Notes: generated by a model from the sequence alone, not told the origin. A DNA stretch of 64,000 nucleotides from Octopus vulgaris (GCA_951406725.2 OX597834.1:11594001-11658000), one strand, 5' to 3'; shown: positions 43,362 to 57,945, counted from the stretch's first letter. Numbers and translations are program-made.

Positions 43362-44639
43362 GCGGTGCCCCAGCATGGCCACAGCTCGTGAACTGAAACT
43401 AGAATCAATCAATCAATCAATCATATATATAAGTGTGTGTATGTTTACGTACATACATATACATAAATACGTATGTGCATATCTTTACATACACATATAT
43501 ATAAATGCATACACACATATATATGTAGATATACGTATATATATATATATATTTGTAATTAATATTCTATATGTGCATAGGCATATAAATTAGTGCGTAT
43601 GTTTGTGTGTGTGTAAATGTATATATATATATAAAAAATTTGTTCACTTTTCTAAATGAAACTTCCACGGTGGAAAATCATGCTCAAGATCGTTTTGAAT
43701 ACTGTGCGAACAGTGGGGGGGGGGGTTGGAAGAGGGACAGAAGGAAATAAAGAAGAGAAGAATGAAAGGAAGAAAGGAACGAAAGAAAGAAAAAAGAGAG
43801 AAAGACAGAATAGAACAGAAGAAGGAAAGAAAACCACGGAAGAAAGAAAAAAAGGAGTGTGTGTATGAAAGAATTACTTCAAGTTAACTTTTGCAATCTG
43901 CGAATTGAAGAATTAACATGTTCAACAAACTGCATGACGTTTTTCGCCACTGAGATGCCTTCCTTATAGATTGATGAGTAAACCAAAGAGTCACGAACTC
44001 AAAGATGACTTAATACTATGCTGAAGAATTCTGGGATTGTAAGAACAAAATCATTCACGAAAAAAGTTAGTGATAACAAGGACATCAATAAACAAAAAAA
44101 TAAATGAGCAAATGAATTCAAAGACAGACTCAAATGACATGCATTCCAATAGATACACTCTACACATATATATACAAAAACCCCCAAAGTAAGAAATAGA
44201 AAATGGAAACAGTTGTAAACGGATGTAAGCACCACCACATTAACAGCAATCTGAATAAATGAAATGAATGAAAATACATAAAAATTACATTAACAATATT
44301 ATGCATAAAAGATAGTTCATTAAGAAGAGTAATGAGTTGGCAAGACATTTTTTTTATATTGTACACGGAATTAATAGTTGTCGAATTGCGGGGTTCTTGC
44401 TAACGTATGCTGCTTAAATTGAAGTACATCACGATTTCTTTTACACGGATAATATTTTTAATGAATATATGCTTCTGGTCCCCGTTCCAGGATTCTATGA
44501 ACTGGATTCGGTATGGTTAATTACGTATGCGCTTCTAGAATCTCTGTGTATCTATCTATGTATCTATCTATCTGTGTGTCTGCCTGTCTATCTATCCATC
44601 TATCAATTTATCTATCACTCTTTATCTGTACGTAAGTGT

Positions 44640-45560
<921 letters not shown>

Positions 45561-45752
45561 CTAGATTTCATGTCAATGAAGAAAGAATCATTTTCTAACC
45601 TATATCGGGTCTTCTTCGTCAGTCTTTCAACAATATCAACTGCGTAGTTGAACATGTGTTTGGGAACGTATTTTCCCTCAGTACCTGTGTAAAGCTGCCA
45701 TTATATACGCCTACTGATACATCTATTTACACGTTCCGTAATGTATATTATT

Positions 45753-45960
45753 CTTTACTATCTTTTACTTGTTTCAGTCATTTGACTGCGGCCATGCTGG
45801 AGCACCGCCTTTTTAATCGAGCAACTCGACCCAGGGACTTATTCTTTTGTAAGCCCAGTACTTATTCTATCGGTCTCTTTCGCCGAACCGCTAAGTAACG
45901 GGGACGTAAACATACCAGCATCGGTTGTCAAGCAATGCTAGGGGGACAAACACAGACACA

Positions 45961-46018
<58 letters not shown>

Positions 46019-46189
46019 CATATATACGACAGGCTTCTTTCAGTTTCCGTCTACCAAATCCACTCACAAGGCATTGTTCGGCCCGGGGCTATAGCAGAAG
46101 ACACTAGCCCAAGATGCCACTCAGTGGGACTGAACTCGGAACCATGTGGTTTGTTAGCAAGCTACTTACCACACAGCCACTCCTGCGCC
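45753..46189 (-). mobile_element. SINE family A, full length
   Basis: As 1070-1482. Confidence 0.85.
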
Positions 46190-46789
46190 TTATATTTTAA
46201 ACTTTGCATATTCCAACTGGTCCAATGATGAATTGCATCTGTAGTATCCTAATTAGTTCTCTCCGTTCTCGTTTTTAGAACAGTAATTCGTTAAAATTAG
46301 AGCTAAGACAGTTCGTTATATATATCCTAGTGCCCCAATAATTAAGTGTATAAATCTGTACCTGTAATCCGGTTGGTGTATTTACAAATTTCGCCACTGG
46401 GCGGCGTAACTGATTTCGTTTTTGCAGATAATTAGTTGTACGTACGTACGCACGTATGCATGCATGTATGTATTTTCGGTGTGTTTATGTACGTATCCGT
46501 TTGTGTATACCGAAGGCATCCTAATATATATATACTTCAGATTAAAAAAAAAAACAAGGAAAAAAAAGCAGTGATAGTCTAATTTCCAGTTTAAATATGA
46601 AACGTAAGTTGTGGGAGGATTAATACGCTTCATAGAAAACTTCATTGTTTTGCCCCCAAACCGAAAGATTGGAAAATCCGACTTAAACAACAGTTATATT
46701 TTTTTTAATTATTAATTACTTCAACAACCAAAGAAGACAGATCCATCGCTAATTTTGATACAGTATATCTATTTATTGCCGACAGAGAG

Positions 46790-47345
46790 CTAAACATAGA
46801 GGAGGAAAACAAGGGCAAGCAAAGGATTACATCGATTATATCGACCCCAGTGCGTAACTGGTACTTATTTAATCGACGCCGAAAGGTCGAAAGGCAAAAT
46901 CAACCTCGGCGGAATTTGAACTCAGAACGTAACGGCAGACGAAATACTAATTTCTTTACTACCCACAAGGGGCTAAACACAGAGAGAACAAACAAGGACA
47001 AACAAACGGATTAAGTCGATTACATCGACCCCAGTGCGTAACTGGTACTTAATTTATCGACCCCGAAAGGATAAAAGGCAAAGTCGACCTCGGCGGAATT
47101 TGAACTCAGAACGTAACGGCAGACGAAATACTTATTTCTTTACTACCCACAAGGGGCTAAACACAGGGAGGACAAACAAGGACAAACGGATTAAGTCGAT
47201 TACATCGACCCCAGTGCGTAACTGGTACTTAATTTATCGACCCCGAAAGGATGAAAGGCAAAGTCGACCTCGGCGGAATTTGACCTCAGAACGTAACGGC
47301 AGACGAAATACCGCGAAGCATTTTCCTCCGCCAACTCGCCGCCTT
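46790..47345 (-). mobile_element. Tandem array of three SINE family C units
   Basis: Units of about 180 bp joined at GACGAAATAC|(C)TATTTC. Confidence 0.85.
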
Positions 47346-47511
47346 GTAATACAGTATATCGAGCAGATGTCACTATGGCACAGTGCTTGACGGGTAGTAT
47401 AAAATTCACTTAATTTCGCAATGTAGCTGCGTTTCTGTAAAATGAGCAGCTAATGTTACATTGTCTTATCTACTATCAGTATTCAACACGAGCACGCGCA
47501 CACACATGCAT

Positions 47512-47912
47512 AGGCGCAGGAGTAGCTGTGTGATAAGTAGCTTGCAAAACAACCACATGGTTCCGGGTTCAGTCCCACTGCGTGGCATCTTGGGCAAGTG
47601 TCTTCTGCTATAGCCCCGGGCCGATCAATGCCTTGTGAATGGATTTGGTAGACGGAAACTGAAAGAAGCCTGTCGTATATATGTATATAATATATATGTG
47701 TCTGTGTTTGTCCCCCTAGCATTCCTTGACAACCGATGCTGGTGTGTTTACGCCCCCGTCACTTAGCGGTTCGGCAAAAGAGACCGATAGAATAAGTACT
47801 GGGCTTACAAAGAATAAGCCCCGACGTTGATTTGCTCGACTAAAGGCGGTGCTCCAGCATGGCCGCAGTCAAATGACTGAAACAAGTAAAAGAGTAAAAG
47901 AGAGAGTAAAGA
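47512..47912 (+). mobile_element. SINE family A, full length
   Basis: As 41461. Confidence 0.85.
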
Positions 47913-47921
47913 GTATATATA

Positions 47922-48226
47922 GTGGGGGCGCAATGGCCCAGTGTTCAGGGTAGCGGACTCGCGGTCGTAGGATCGTGGTTTTGATTCCCAGACTGGGTGT
48001 TTTGAGTGTTTATTGAGCGAAAACACCTAAAGCTACACGAGGATCCGGCAGTGGGTGGTGGCGATCCCTGCTGTACTCTTTCGCCACAGATTTCTCTCAC
48101 TTATTCTTCTGTTGGCCTGCTCGCTTAGCCAGCGGGGTGGCGTCATTTGAAGTCTAAAACAATGCAAAGTGTATTGTGACCAACGATGTGTATCAACATC
48201 TGATAGCCCGATCGGTCACGGTGATA
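47922..48226 (+). mobile_element. SINE family B head with an alternative tail
   Basis: Family B head, ending ACATCTGATAGCCCGATCGGTCACGGTGAT. Confidence 0.75.
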
Positions 48227-48228
48227 TA

Positions 48229-48648
48229 TACTCTTTACTCTTTTTTACTCTTTTACTTGTTTCAGTCATTTGACTGCGGCCATGCCGGAGCACCGCCTTT
48301 AGTCGAGCTACTCGACCCCGGGAATTAATTTTTTTTGTAAGCCCAGTACTTATTCTATCGGTCTCTTTTTGCCGAACCGCTAAGTGACGGGGACCTAAAC
48401 ACACATGCATCGGTTGTCAAGCAATGCTAGGGGAACAAACACAGACACACAAACACATACATATATATATATATACATATATACGACAGGCTTCTTTCAG
48501 TTTCCGTCTACCAAATCCACACACAAGGCATTGGTCGGCCCGGGGCTATAGCAGAAGACACTTGCCCAAGATGCCACGCAGTGGGACTGAACCCGGAACC
48601 ATGTGGTTGGTTAGCAAGCTACTTACCACACAGCCACTCCTGAGCCTA
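48229..48648 (-). mobile_element. SINE family A, full length
   Basis: As 1070-1482. Confidence 0.85.
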
Positions 48649-49584
48649 TATATATTATTTAAACATATCAAAGGGAAACGGAAAATTAATTTAAATTTTC
48701 ACCTCCAGTAGCCTAACCTTCCTGTCGAATTTTATCCCTAATTTTTGTGGTTATGGAACCTAGCTGTTCTTTCTAACGTTGAATTCCACGAGTGGATTCC
48801 TTATGTGTTTAAATGTACACTGTATATTATATATATATATATGCGACGGATTTCTATATAGATTTCATCTACCAAATTTACTCACAAAGCATCACTGAGC
48901 ACGTCGCAATGGGAGAACATATTTGGCCAATGGACTGCGTTGCTTCAAGGAGAGTTCGTTAACCACAGAGCCACGCCTTTGTCTTTTTATTTATTGATTT
49001 GGAGAGCAAGCTTGACCAAAGTCGCTGGCTCACATATACAACACGGTCAAAGATATCATTTCTGAAAGGCTAAAGACGTTTCCTCATAATGTTGTTAGAT
49101 ACAATGAAAAAGTTCACAGATCTCAATGAAGAGATATTAGTGTAAAACATATCAAAGTGGGTTTTGGTCTTTGGCATTTTGCTCAAAGACGATATTTTAA
49201 TTGGGTTTAGATATAAATATTTATTTAGATATCAATTTATTTTGAAATAATGCTTCCACTGTTTCACTCAACTTGACAGAAAAAGGAGTATAGGAAAAAT
49301 AAATTGAATTACCATCGTTTGATGGAACTGAAATTCATCAGTACATAAAATTATGTTATGTGAGGTGAAAATTAATTCAATTTGGCAGTGTATAGTCAAA
49401 AGAGCTTTCTTGATCTACAACTTAAAAGACTAATTTACTTACAAAACTAGTATCAATGTTTGAGAAGCACATTCTTAAGAAACGTAACGAAAGTATTTAG
49501 TTTTTATACTTATGTTCGGTGAGAAATGTTTCGAAAACATATGTAAGGGAAGCTTTCACGTTATGTGTTGCCAAACCGTATAGT

Positions 49585-49903
49585 GTGGAGGCGCAATGGC
49601 CCAGTGGTTAGGGCAGCGGACTTGCGGTCGGAGGATCGCGGTTTCGATTCCCAGACCGGGCGTTGTGTGTGTTTATTGAGTGAAAACACCTAAAGCTCCA
49701 TGAGGCTCCGGCAGGGCATGGTGGCCACCCCTGTTGTACTCTTTCGCCCCAAATTTCTCTCACACTTTCATCCCGTTTCTTGAGTAACGCCGCGATTGAC
49801 TGGCGTCCCGTCCTGCTCGGGGGAACACATATGCCAGAGAAACCGGGAAACCGGGACCATGAGCCTGGTTAGGCTTGAAAAGGGTGCATAAATAAATAAA
49901 ATA
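49585..49903 (+). mobile_element. SINE family B variant with a 12-bp TSD
   Basis: AAACCGTATAGT at 49573-49584 and 49904-49915, with a (TAAA)n tail. Confidence 0.85.
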
Positions 49904-50496
49904 AAACCGTATAGTACTTTTGCTTACAAAGTACCAAAGTTTCATTTATATATTATATTAATTTACAATAAGTGTACATTACGGGAACTGCTTTACGGGA
50001 TTCAGCTGTCAAAAACCAACGGATATCTGACGATAACACCGAGAAGGAACTGTTTGCAAAAATAGCATAAGGCTTGGTTGCCAGAACACATCGGCGAGTG
50101 ATTTCCATTCACTCCTCACAGTATTGAATCCGTTTCCGAAACCAAAAATACGACAAAAAAAAAAAGCCCCAACAATCATTATCGCAGCGACGAATAATAT
50201 CAGGTACTTTATATTATTATTGTTCCTGCCGATTGTATCGCTTTTTGTAACAGATAATTAGTTATGTTCTAACATACGAAAAAGGAAAAACAAAGAAAAA
50301 AATTACCACAAATTATGTTGTTTCAAATATGTTTCGACTTGTATTCTGCGAAATAAATATTTTAGTTTCATTTATAATTTGAAAGCTTTTTTATTTTCGC
50401 TTATATGCAAATTTCCTCGACTGCGAGGGTAAAATATCCATACACGGTAAATCAAATATGAAAGAATAAAAAGATGCAATCTTGTGGCATTCTTAC

Positions 50497-50751
50497 CTTC
50501 TTTGTCACCAAAAATGACGAGTACTTGTTTCCATTGGAAGTACTGGATGACATCTAGATAAGCCCTGCTGAGTTGGTGCATGTCTGGGTGGAGGTTGATT
50601 GAGAATGTGGGGACATCCGAGAGAAAGTGGTCCATGCGAACCTCGATGTGAGGGATCTTCAAGGCATTGCACATTGAGTTCACATAGGAAGCCACCATAT
50701 ACGACCGAGGACCAAACAACGCAATGGAATTCAAACCAACTTGGAAACATA
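50497..50751 (-). CDS. GRIK2: Ionotropic glutamate receptor, kainate-type (GRIK2-like), amino-terminal domain exon (255 nt, phase 1 to phase 1)
   Basis: Acceptor tctttgcAG before 50751 and donor GTaaga after 50497. Translation CFQVGLNSIALFGPRSYMVASYVNSMCNALKIPHIEVRMDHFLSDVPTFSINLHPDMHQLSRAYLDVIQYFQWKQVLVIFGDKE matches the kainate-receptor ATD pattern (AIFGP...SICNALxVPHI...SLYPD...LSRAxLDLVQFFxW). The symbol means GRIK2-like; one-to-one orthology is not established. Confidence 0.93.
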
Positions 50752-51745
50752 CTGCAAAGAATAAAAATAAAAACGAAATGAAAGTAAAAGCGTAAATACA
50801 TTTTTTTTGTTAAAGGCGCCATTTTATATTAATGCATTTTGGTTAGAAATTCGTTTGTTTTATACAGAGGACAGGGAACAAAATTCGTGTTTCCGTATTT
50901 AATATAGTAATGTCTAGCCAACATCGGAAATGGATAGAAGCATAATCAGTTTTCCTACGTTTGTAATGAATTTGAAATAATCGGATGAAATTTTTAAACA
51001 AAAGATTGTGAGGAAAACAAAATTATTTTAATGCATACTCCACTTTTAGAAAACATAACTATGAATATTTATGTATCATTGTATATTCCTGTTTGCCTGA
51101 AGAGAAATTGTAAAATTCTGAATATGTAAAGTGAGTTAAGTGTTTCCGCTAAATTATGTGTTGTACTTAAGGGAATTTTAAAGGTAATTATATATGAATG
51201 AATAATTAGAAATAAAGAAATTATATCAGTGTTGAAAATATCGAAAAGTTTGCTATAAATATTCAATTAATGTTATTTTGTTTTTTTTTTATATTTGCGT
51301 AATGACACACATACTTGAATAATGTAATGTATGCTGTAAATTTGATTCTGCAAGCGGGAGAAATAGAACCGGATACATAGGGAAAAAAAAAGTATTGAAT
51401 GTATCGGACACCTTGATGTTCGTATCAGAACATTTATATAACACTAACCTTCTGATATTATTGTAGCACCTCGACTAAATATCATGAATCTGTAAGAATT
51501 CTTCTGTCGTGTGTAACCAATTCCAGATGCCCACATTTTCAAATATTCCCACCTCCAGTTACTTTTAGTATAAATTCTGTAACCTGCACCTACCACCTAC
51601 TTTCAAATTCGCTCAAATTAAAAAAACAACAACAAAAAGAACAAAAGCACTCGCACACATACCTACAGACACCTTTCGTACATACCGAGAAATGCACTCG
51701 TGATTGTGCAAGCATATGTTTACTTATTTGTAAGAAGAAAACAAA

Positions 51746-51790
51746 GGACCACTGATGCGGTCACAGGAGTGTGACGAAAGAACTCTGGCC
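51746..51790 (+). ncRNA. Degenerate hammerhead motif
   Basis: GGACCA-CUGAUGc-G-GUCAC(AGGAGU)GUGAC-GAAA-GAAC-UC-UGGCC. Confidence 0.4.
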
Positions 51791-51991
51791 GAAATAAGAT
51801 TAAGTTTAATGTAGGCCAAAAAGATTAAGTTTAATGTAAAAAATAAATAACACTGAAGCAAAATAACACCAAATATATAGTGCGTGTGTTTTTATTGGCT
51901 AAACTGGCAATATGACCATTCCGAAATATAACAATATCTGTTTCAACACACGACTTCACATAAAAAAACCTTGCACAACAAATATTTAAAC

Positions 51992-52031
<40 letters not shown>

Positions 52032-53914
52032 CTAGAAATTTTCGCTTTCTATCGGCGTGGCAGTGTATGCATGTGTGTATGTGGTGTACGTATGAGTGTT
52101 TGTACGCGCGTGTGTCTGTTGTGAGGTCAATTTATTAAACTGAAACCGTTCAAAGGTGGTCCTTTCCATGGCCAAAGTCGAACCCAATGAATGATGCAAC
52201 AAATACTGCAGACTAGGTTAGCATTGTGCTGTGAAAATGTAGTGCATTGGAATTGTATAATAAAGTTTGAGTGCCATTATTGAGTTCCTAAAATGATCTC
52301 GCTTGTGAACACGTCGCGTAGAATAATACGAAGCAAACGAAAGGCATTACGATATACCAGTTAAGTGCCTTTGCATTTTGAATTGAAAATCCTACGAAAA
52401 TTGACATTTTTTTTCTTTCATACACCCCCATCCTATATCGATATATTCGAATCCGTAATGTATTATTGGATCTCTTCCATCGGTTACACCGCTTCCTAAA
52501 AAATATATTATGGCTTTTTGTCAATGCAGGAAATCGATATTTTTATTCTTAATGCCGTAGAATGTCAGAGGAGAGTAAATGCCGGAGGAATGATGTTAGA
52601 TACCCGCCTCAACATGCTTTTCAATCCAGTTGCAGTCGTATTGAACTTTCATTCTTTTAATACATCTAATACGCTTCACACACTCCCGTTCCCTTTTCAA
52701 TTTTGCACGTTGTTGGATACGAGCCAAGTTCTCGTTCATGTGACCGTCATTTTCAACTTTGTATACGTTTTCATTTAAACTACTTGATTTCCGGCGGAGA
52801 TATAGCTATCTCTGTGAAACTCAATTTGCTAGAAAGAGCTACGAAATCTTCTGAAATTCCTACTGTTTTAAAAATGACAGGGTCACGCAAAAGCTGTTGT
52901 CAATGGTATAAAAAACTATGACTATCCGAGGAAGATTCTGTTTGGTCCCTAAAAGCATGCCACAACGACCATTCACAATGCTTACGACTTGGGTCTTCTG
53001 AACGAAATCTAATTTCCCCATAAATTCTATTTTTCCTTTTCCACTGCTTAAATTATTATTTCCTAGTCCTCCATAGATCATCTGATAAACAAGGGGAGAT
53101 GTTACAAAATGTACTCTGATTTAAGTTGATAGTATTTTTTATTAGAGATAGGAATTTAGTTGATATTTTTAACAGGTCGACTAACTATATAGGTGTCTAC
53201 TTGTTGGTGATGTGTGTTTCCAGATTGGTACAAAATATTGTTTGCAGTATAAACGCAAAACCTGAAAATTTGAGGGAAGAGACGAGTCGAGTGTCTGGAC
53301 ATAGGGGTGCTCAACAGATCTAGACCCTGAAAGAATGAAATGCAAAATCGAGCTCTGTAGAATTTGAACTCAGAACTTAAAGCCGGAAGAACTGAGGTTA
53401 AATATTTGTCCGGCTTGCTAACGATTATGTCAGCTTGCCACTCTTGCTATGTAAAATTAGGATGTCATAATCCAAATAAGGGAGATAATTTATGCCGTCA
53501 GTAACAATGACGAGATACTTTGAAGATGTAAGGCAATTAAAGGATTATTGACTAAAAATATAAGCTTGCAATGGTACTTAAACGCTATCCTCTATTCCAC
53601 GGCACACTGAGGGAAGGTAGAACGCCAGAGTTGGTTGGTTACGGATGAGAAAACAATACTATAAAAAGATATGAAGGATTATAAATAGATAGTGAAACAC
53701 ATCTACACACACTAGTAAATATACAGACAAATAGAAAAACTGAGAAAGGACAGAAGACCGCATTAAGCGTAAAAGATCTTATTGGATTATAATTTCGAAT
53801 ACACGAACAAAGAAGCAAAAACTGAAAATAACAATAACTAAAACAACAAACGAAATGACTGAATGCCTTACTAGCGATATATTACACTCTTTTGATGTTA
53901 TACATTTTCGGTAC

Positions 53915-54516
53915 ATAATTTCATCTTCCGTAGCTCCAAAATAAATCGAGATGGTGACTGCACTCCAGAGATAAGACGGTGGATAGTACTAGGTAGAGAG
54001 GCAATGGTCAGCTTGAGCAGGGTCTGGAAGAGTAGAGACATCAGACTCCATACCAAATGCAGATTGGTGAATGCAATTGTCTTCCCAATAGCAACATATG
54101 GATGCGAGACCTGGACACTAAAGAAAGCTGACCAGAAGAGAATTAATGCATTCGAGCTTTGGTGTAGGAGAAGACTTTTACGGATTCCATGGACAGCGAG
54201 GCTCACCAATGGAGAAGTTCTTAAGCAGATCAGGCCGAAAATGTCGCTAGAAGCTAGGATCACCGACCATAGCTTGGCATATTTCGGTCATATTATGCGG
54301 AGAAAATCCCTGGAGAAGGACGTCATACTCAGAATGGTTAGTGGCAAGAGATGAAGAGGCCGACTAAGAATCCGCTGGCTTGACACCATCAAGAGGGATA
54401 CCGGAATGGACATAGCCAATCTGAAAGAAGCGACCCAGGATAGAACTGACTGGAGGACACTGATCCAACGAGTGACCGAGAATCGACTTCGACTGAGCGG
54501 ATAGATAGATAGATAG
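53915..54516 (+). mobile_element. 5'-truncated RTE (BovB-like) LINE, ORF C-terminus
   Basis: DGDCTPEIRR...KCRLVNAIVFPIATYGCETWTLKKADQKRINAFELWCRRRLLRIPWTAR...YFGHIMRR.SLEK...RWLD...DRTDWR, with one in-frame stop and a (GATA)n tail. Confidence 0.9.
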
Positions 54517-54946
54517 AATTTCTTCAATCGAAAGAATAGAAGGTATAGACGAAACTTGAGTGATTTTTAACTCAGGAGGAAATAAGATTAAACAAAATAC
54601 CGTAATCTTCTTGTCTATTATTAAAATACTGATTTCGAACGTAAATATTCGCACCACTGCCGTATACCACCAATCAAACCCCATTGAATCGCATCTTTCA
54701 TTTCCTTTTTATCGTTTCGTCAATAATGAAAAACGAATTTCACTTCAGCTGCAAAGTAAATGAGGAGGTAAAAAAAAAACCGTTCCCTAAATACCCCCGT
54801 TTATTTTTAGCATAAGGTATTTGTCGAAGATTATTTTTATGTGGAGGAATAATTAATTATAATCCTATAATGAGTTTATTGATGTTTTTGTTATGTATTT
54901 GTAATATGGGAGCTCCTCCATTTATTAATTTTATATATTTCTAAAT

Positions 54947-55344
54947 ACTCTTTACTCTTTACTCTTTTACTTGTTTCAGTCATTTGACTGCGGCCATGCT
55001 GGAGCACCGCCTTTAGTCGAGCAAATCGACCCCGGGACTTATTCTTTGTAAGCCCAGTACTTATTCTATCGGTCTCTTTTTGTCGAACCGCTAAGTTACG
55101 GGCACGTAAACACACCAGCATCGGTTGTTAAGCAATGCTAGGGGGACAAACACAGACACATATACATATATACATATATACGATAGGCTTCTTTCAGTTT
55201 CCGTCTACCAAATCCACTCACAAGGCTTTGGTCGGCCCGAGGCTATAGCAGAAGACACTTGCCCAAGATGCCACGCAATGGGACTGAACCCGGAACCATG
55301 TGGTTGGTTAGCAAGCTACTTACCACACAGCCACTCTTGCGCCT
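54947..55344 (-). mobile_element. SINE family A, full length
   Basis: As 1070-1482. Confidence 0.85.
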
Positions 55345-55851
55345 ATATATATAGATTATATTTGATATTTTTTTGTTTTAATGATAGTATTTATGGGAGG
55401 GTTATATAATTTGATTTTTCATGTTACGGTAGATCATGGTCAGATGATATGTTTATGAAAGTTTTAAATGTTAGTAAGAGGAATGAAAATTTATTATTAG
55501 TATTACATATTATTCCTTTATTGATATTTGTTTTGAATGTTGGATATATTAGAAGAATTGATTTTTAATTATTAGTAAAATTAGTTTATGTGAAAATACT
55601 AGGTTGTGGGCTTAATCCCCCGATTAATGCCTTCTGCGTTAATTAAGTGCTTGTGTGTGTCATTGTGTCTGTGTCGCCTTACACGGCTTCTCAAAAACTG
55701 TTAGTTCGTATACATCCCCGTAACTTAGCGATTCACCAAATGATAATGATAGAACAAGCACCGGACTTTAGAAGATACTCAAGTATAGGAGATGGTTTGT
55801 TCGACTAAAACCCTCCGCGGCGGTGCCCCACTATGTTCACAGTCCAATATA

Positions 55852-56258
55852 TCTATATATATAAAAGTGAGGTTGTGTGCTGTCTGTCTCCTACGATTTA
55901 GATTCCTAACTACTCCCACATTTTGCGGTGCAGTTTAACCAAAACCGGGTATCTTATAGTCGTGATTCATATCGAGCCATTCTGGGTATTAGCGCGCGTC
56001 TACGATGATTCTACGATGAGTCTACGATTTAAAAAAAAATTACCATCAATTTTTCCCATTTTTAATGCATTTTTTGCATATATAAGTGAAGTAACTCTCT
56101 AAAAAATTATTATTAAATCTCAGAACGTAAAAAGCTACAGTACCCCCCCCCCTTTGTGGTTAGCCATATTGAGATGGCTATTATACTTTACATCTCTAAA
56201 AATGCTTATATAGTTATTTCCCTTACAAAACCCGAGCAACGCCGGGCGATGCTGCTAG
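55852..56258 (+). mobile_element. Non-autonomous Helitron
   Basis: A|TC...CTAG|T termini, hairpin CCCGAGCAACGCCGGG at 56231-56246. Homolog of 1721-2115. Confidence 0.82.
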
Positions 56259-56350
56259 TAACAATATATAAGCAATATATAGCAAATCAAATAGCCATAA
56301 TAACTCAAGTTTGGGGCAGACGTATAGTCTCTCTGCTTATTTCTGTGTTC

Positions 56351-56387
56351 CTTTCTGTTGAAGAGCGTAGGTTCGAAACGTAAACGA
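56351..56387 (+). ncRNA. Degenerate minimal hammerhead motif
   Basis: CUUU-CUGuUGA-A-GAGC(GUAG)GUUC-GAAACGUA-AACG. Confidence 0.45.
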
Positions 56388-56429
56388 CTTTCTCACTTCC
56401 CAGCGTTAAACTAATACATCTGTCTGTGT

Positions 56430-56658
56430 CCAGTTTGCTGGACATTGTTGTAGAGCTGAAAAAGAAGTAATTTCTACTCTTCTCCTCTGGAAGCCATCTA
56501 CTCGCAATACCAGAGGGCGCACACTCTCCTACCCTGATGTAATCTCCAGGGATACAGGCATCCAGCAACAGGACCTCCGTAATGCCATGATGGACCGTAA
56601 AGTCTGGCGTAACATGGTAAATTCCATTGTCTCGACCACGGTCGAACAATGATGATGC
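56430..56658 (+). mobile_element. RTE-type LINE 3' fragment
   Basis: QFAGHCCRAEKEVISTLLLWKP...YPDVISRDTGIQQQDLRNAMMDRKVWRNMV followed by a (TGA)n tail. Confidence 0.75.
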
Positions 56659-57737
56659 TGATTGTTGTTTACACACCCACCTTCGTCTTTTGTTTTGTTT
56701 TGTTTATTATTATTATTATTATTATTTGGTAAATTACAACTACATAATCCTCAGTGTGTTGCTGGTACTTTAGCAAAACATGGGATTAGAAATTGGATCG
56801 TAAAGCCCCGCTGAAACACATTTTCGTGGCGGTTATACGTATTCTGTTATTCCAATCTCGTTCTTTTATAAAGAAAATAATTGTAATTCCTTACAATAAA
56901 TTGTTTTTTATATATATATATTAGTGGGGAAAGAGGGTCGATTACATCGACCATTGTGTTTCACAGAAAAAAAAACAAAACATTTCCTTGCAGGATCAAG
57001 GGAAAAAAATCGCCCAGAGTGGTTTCGAAAGTAAAACTTAAAGAGACGTAACTGAACATCACTTTAAAGTATGTCCGCCCATCTACAGATCCCGACGCCA
57101 ACTTCGAACATCGAAATGATGAGCTACGTAACGTGTTTGAAGTTTTACGTATTTATACATCAAGAAAGAAGAGATCAAAAACAATGTAAAGCGAAATGTG
57201 TTAAAGTAAAAGATCAAACATGATGTAACGTGTGTACATGTATATTTTATGCGCATATGTAGTGTTATGTTGAATGTTTTGCGTTTTTAGATACATTTGT
57301 TCACTTAGATTCAATGGTTATCCAATGGACACAACTATTTCTTACAGGCTGCACATACGAATGGACGCATATATACACCGACGCACTCGTAATGCTTATA
57401 GATACGTGGGTGTGTAAAATATATAAATGCACGCATACATATACACGGACGCGATAAATGTATGTGGATGGGTTTGAAAATATAACATAATATATATGTG
57501 TGTGTGTGTCTGTAACAATGTGTGTCTGTAACAATTATTTATCACCTCTCTCTGTTCCATCTATCTATGTATCTATCTATCTATCTATCTATCTGTGTGT
57601 GAGAGTGTGTGTGTTATGCATACACACATATACGTATATAAATGCATGCGTATACCTATACGAAGATTATATACATACATGTGTGTGTGTGTACTTTTGT
57701 GTGTATGTGGGCGTGGTTATGTGTCCATTTGTGTGTG

Positions 57738-57739
<2 letters not shown>

Positions 57740-57778
<39 letters not shown>

Positions 57779-57912
57779 ACATACATATATATATAAGCAC
57801 ATATATACACATACATATATATATATATATATGTACATACATATATATACATACACATACATATATATATATATACATACATATATATATATATACATAC
57901 ACATACATATAC

Positions 57913-57945
<33 letters not shown>

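Noticed and set aside
52200-53080. Possible decayed hAT transposase (ATCSQARSF resembling TSCSAERSFS)
   Set aside because: Only one weak motif and no TIRs identified. It needs BLASTX.
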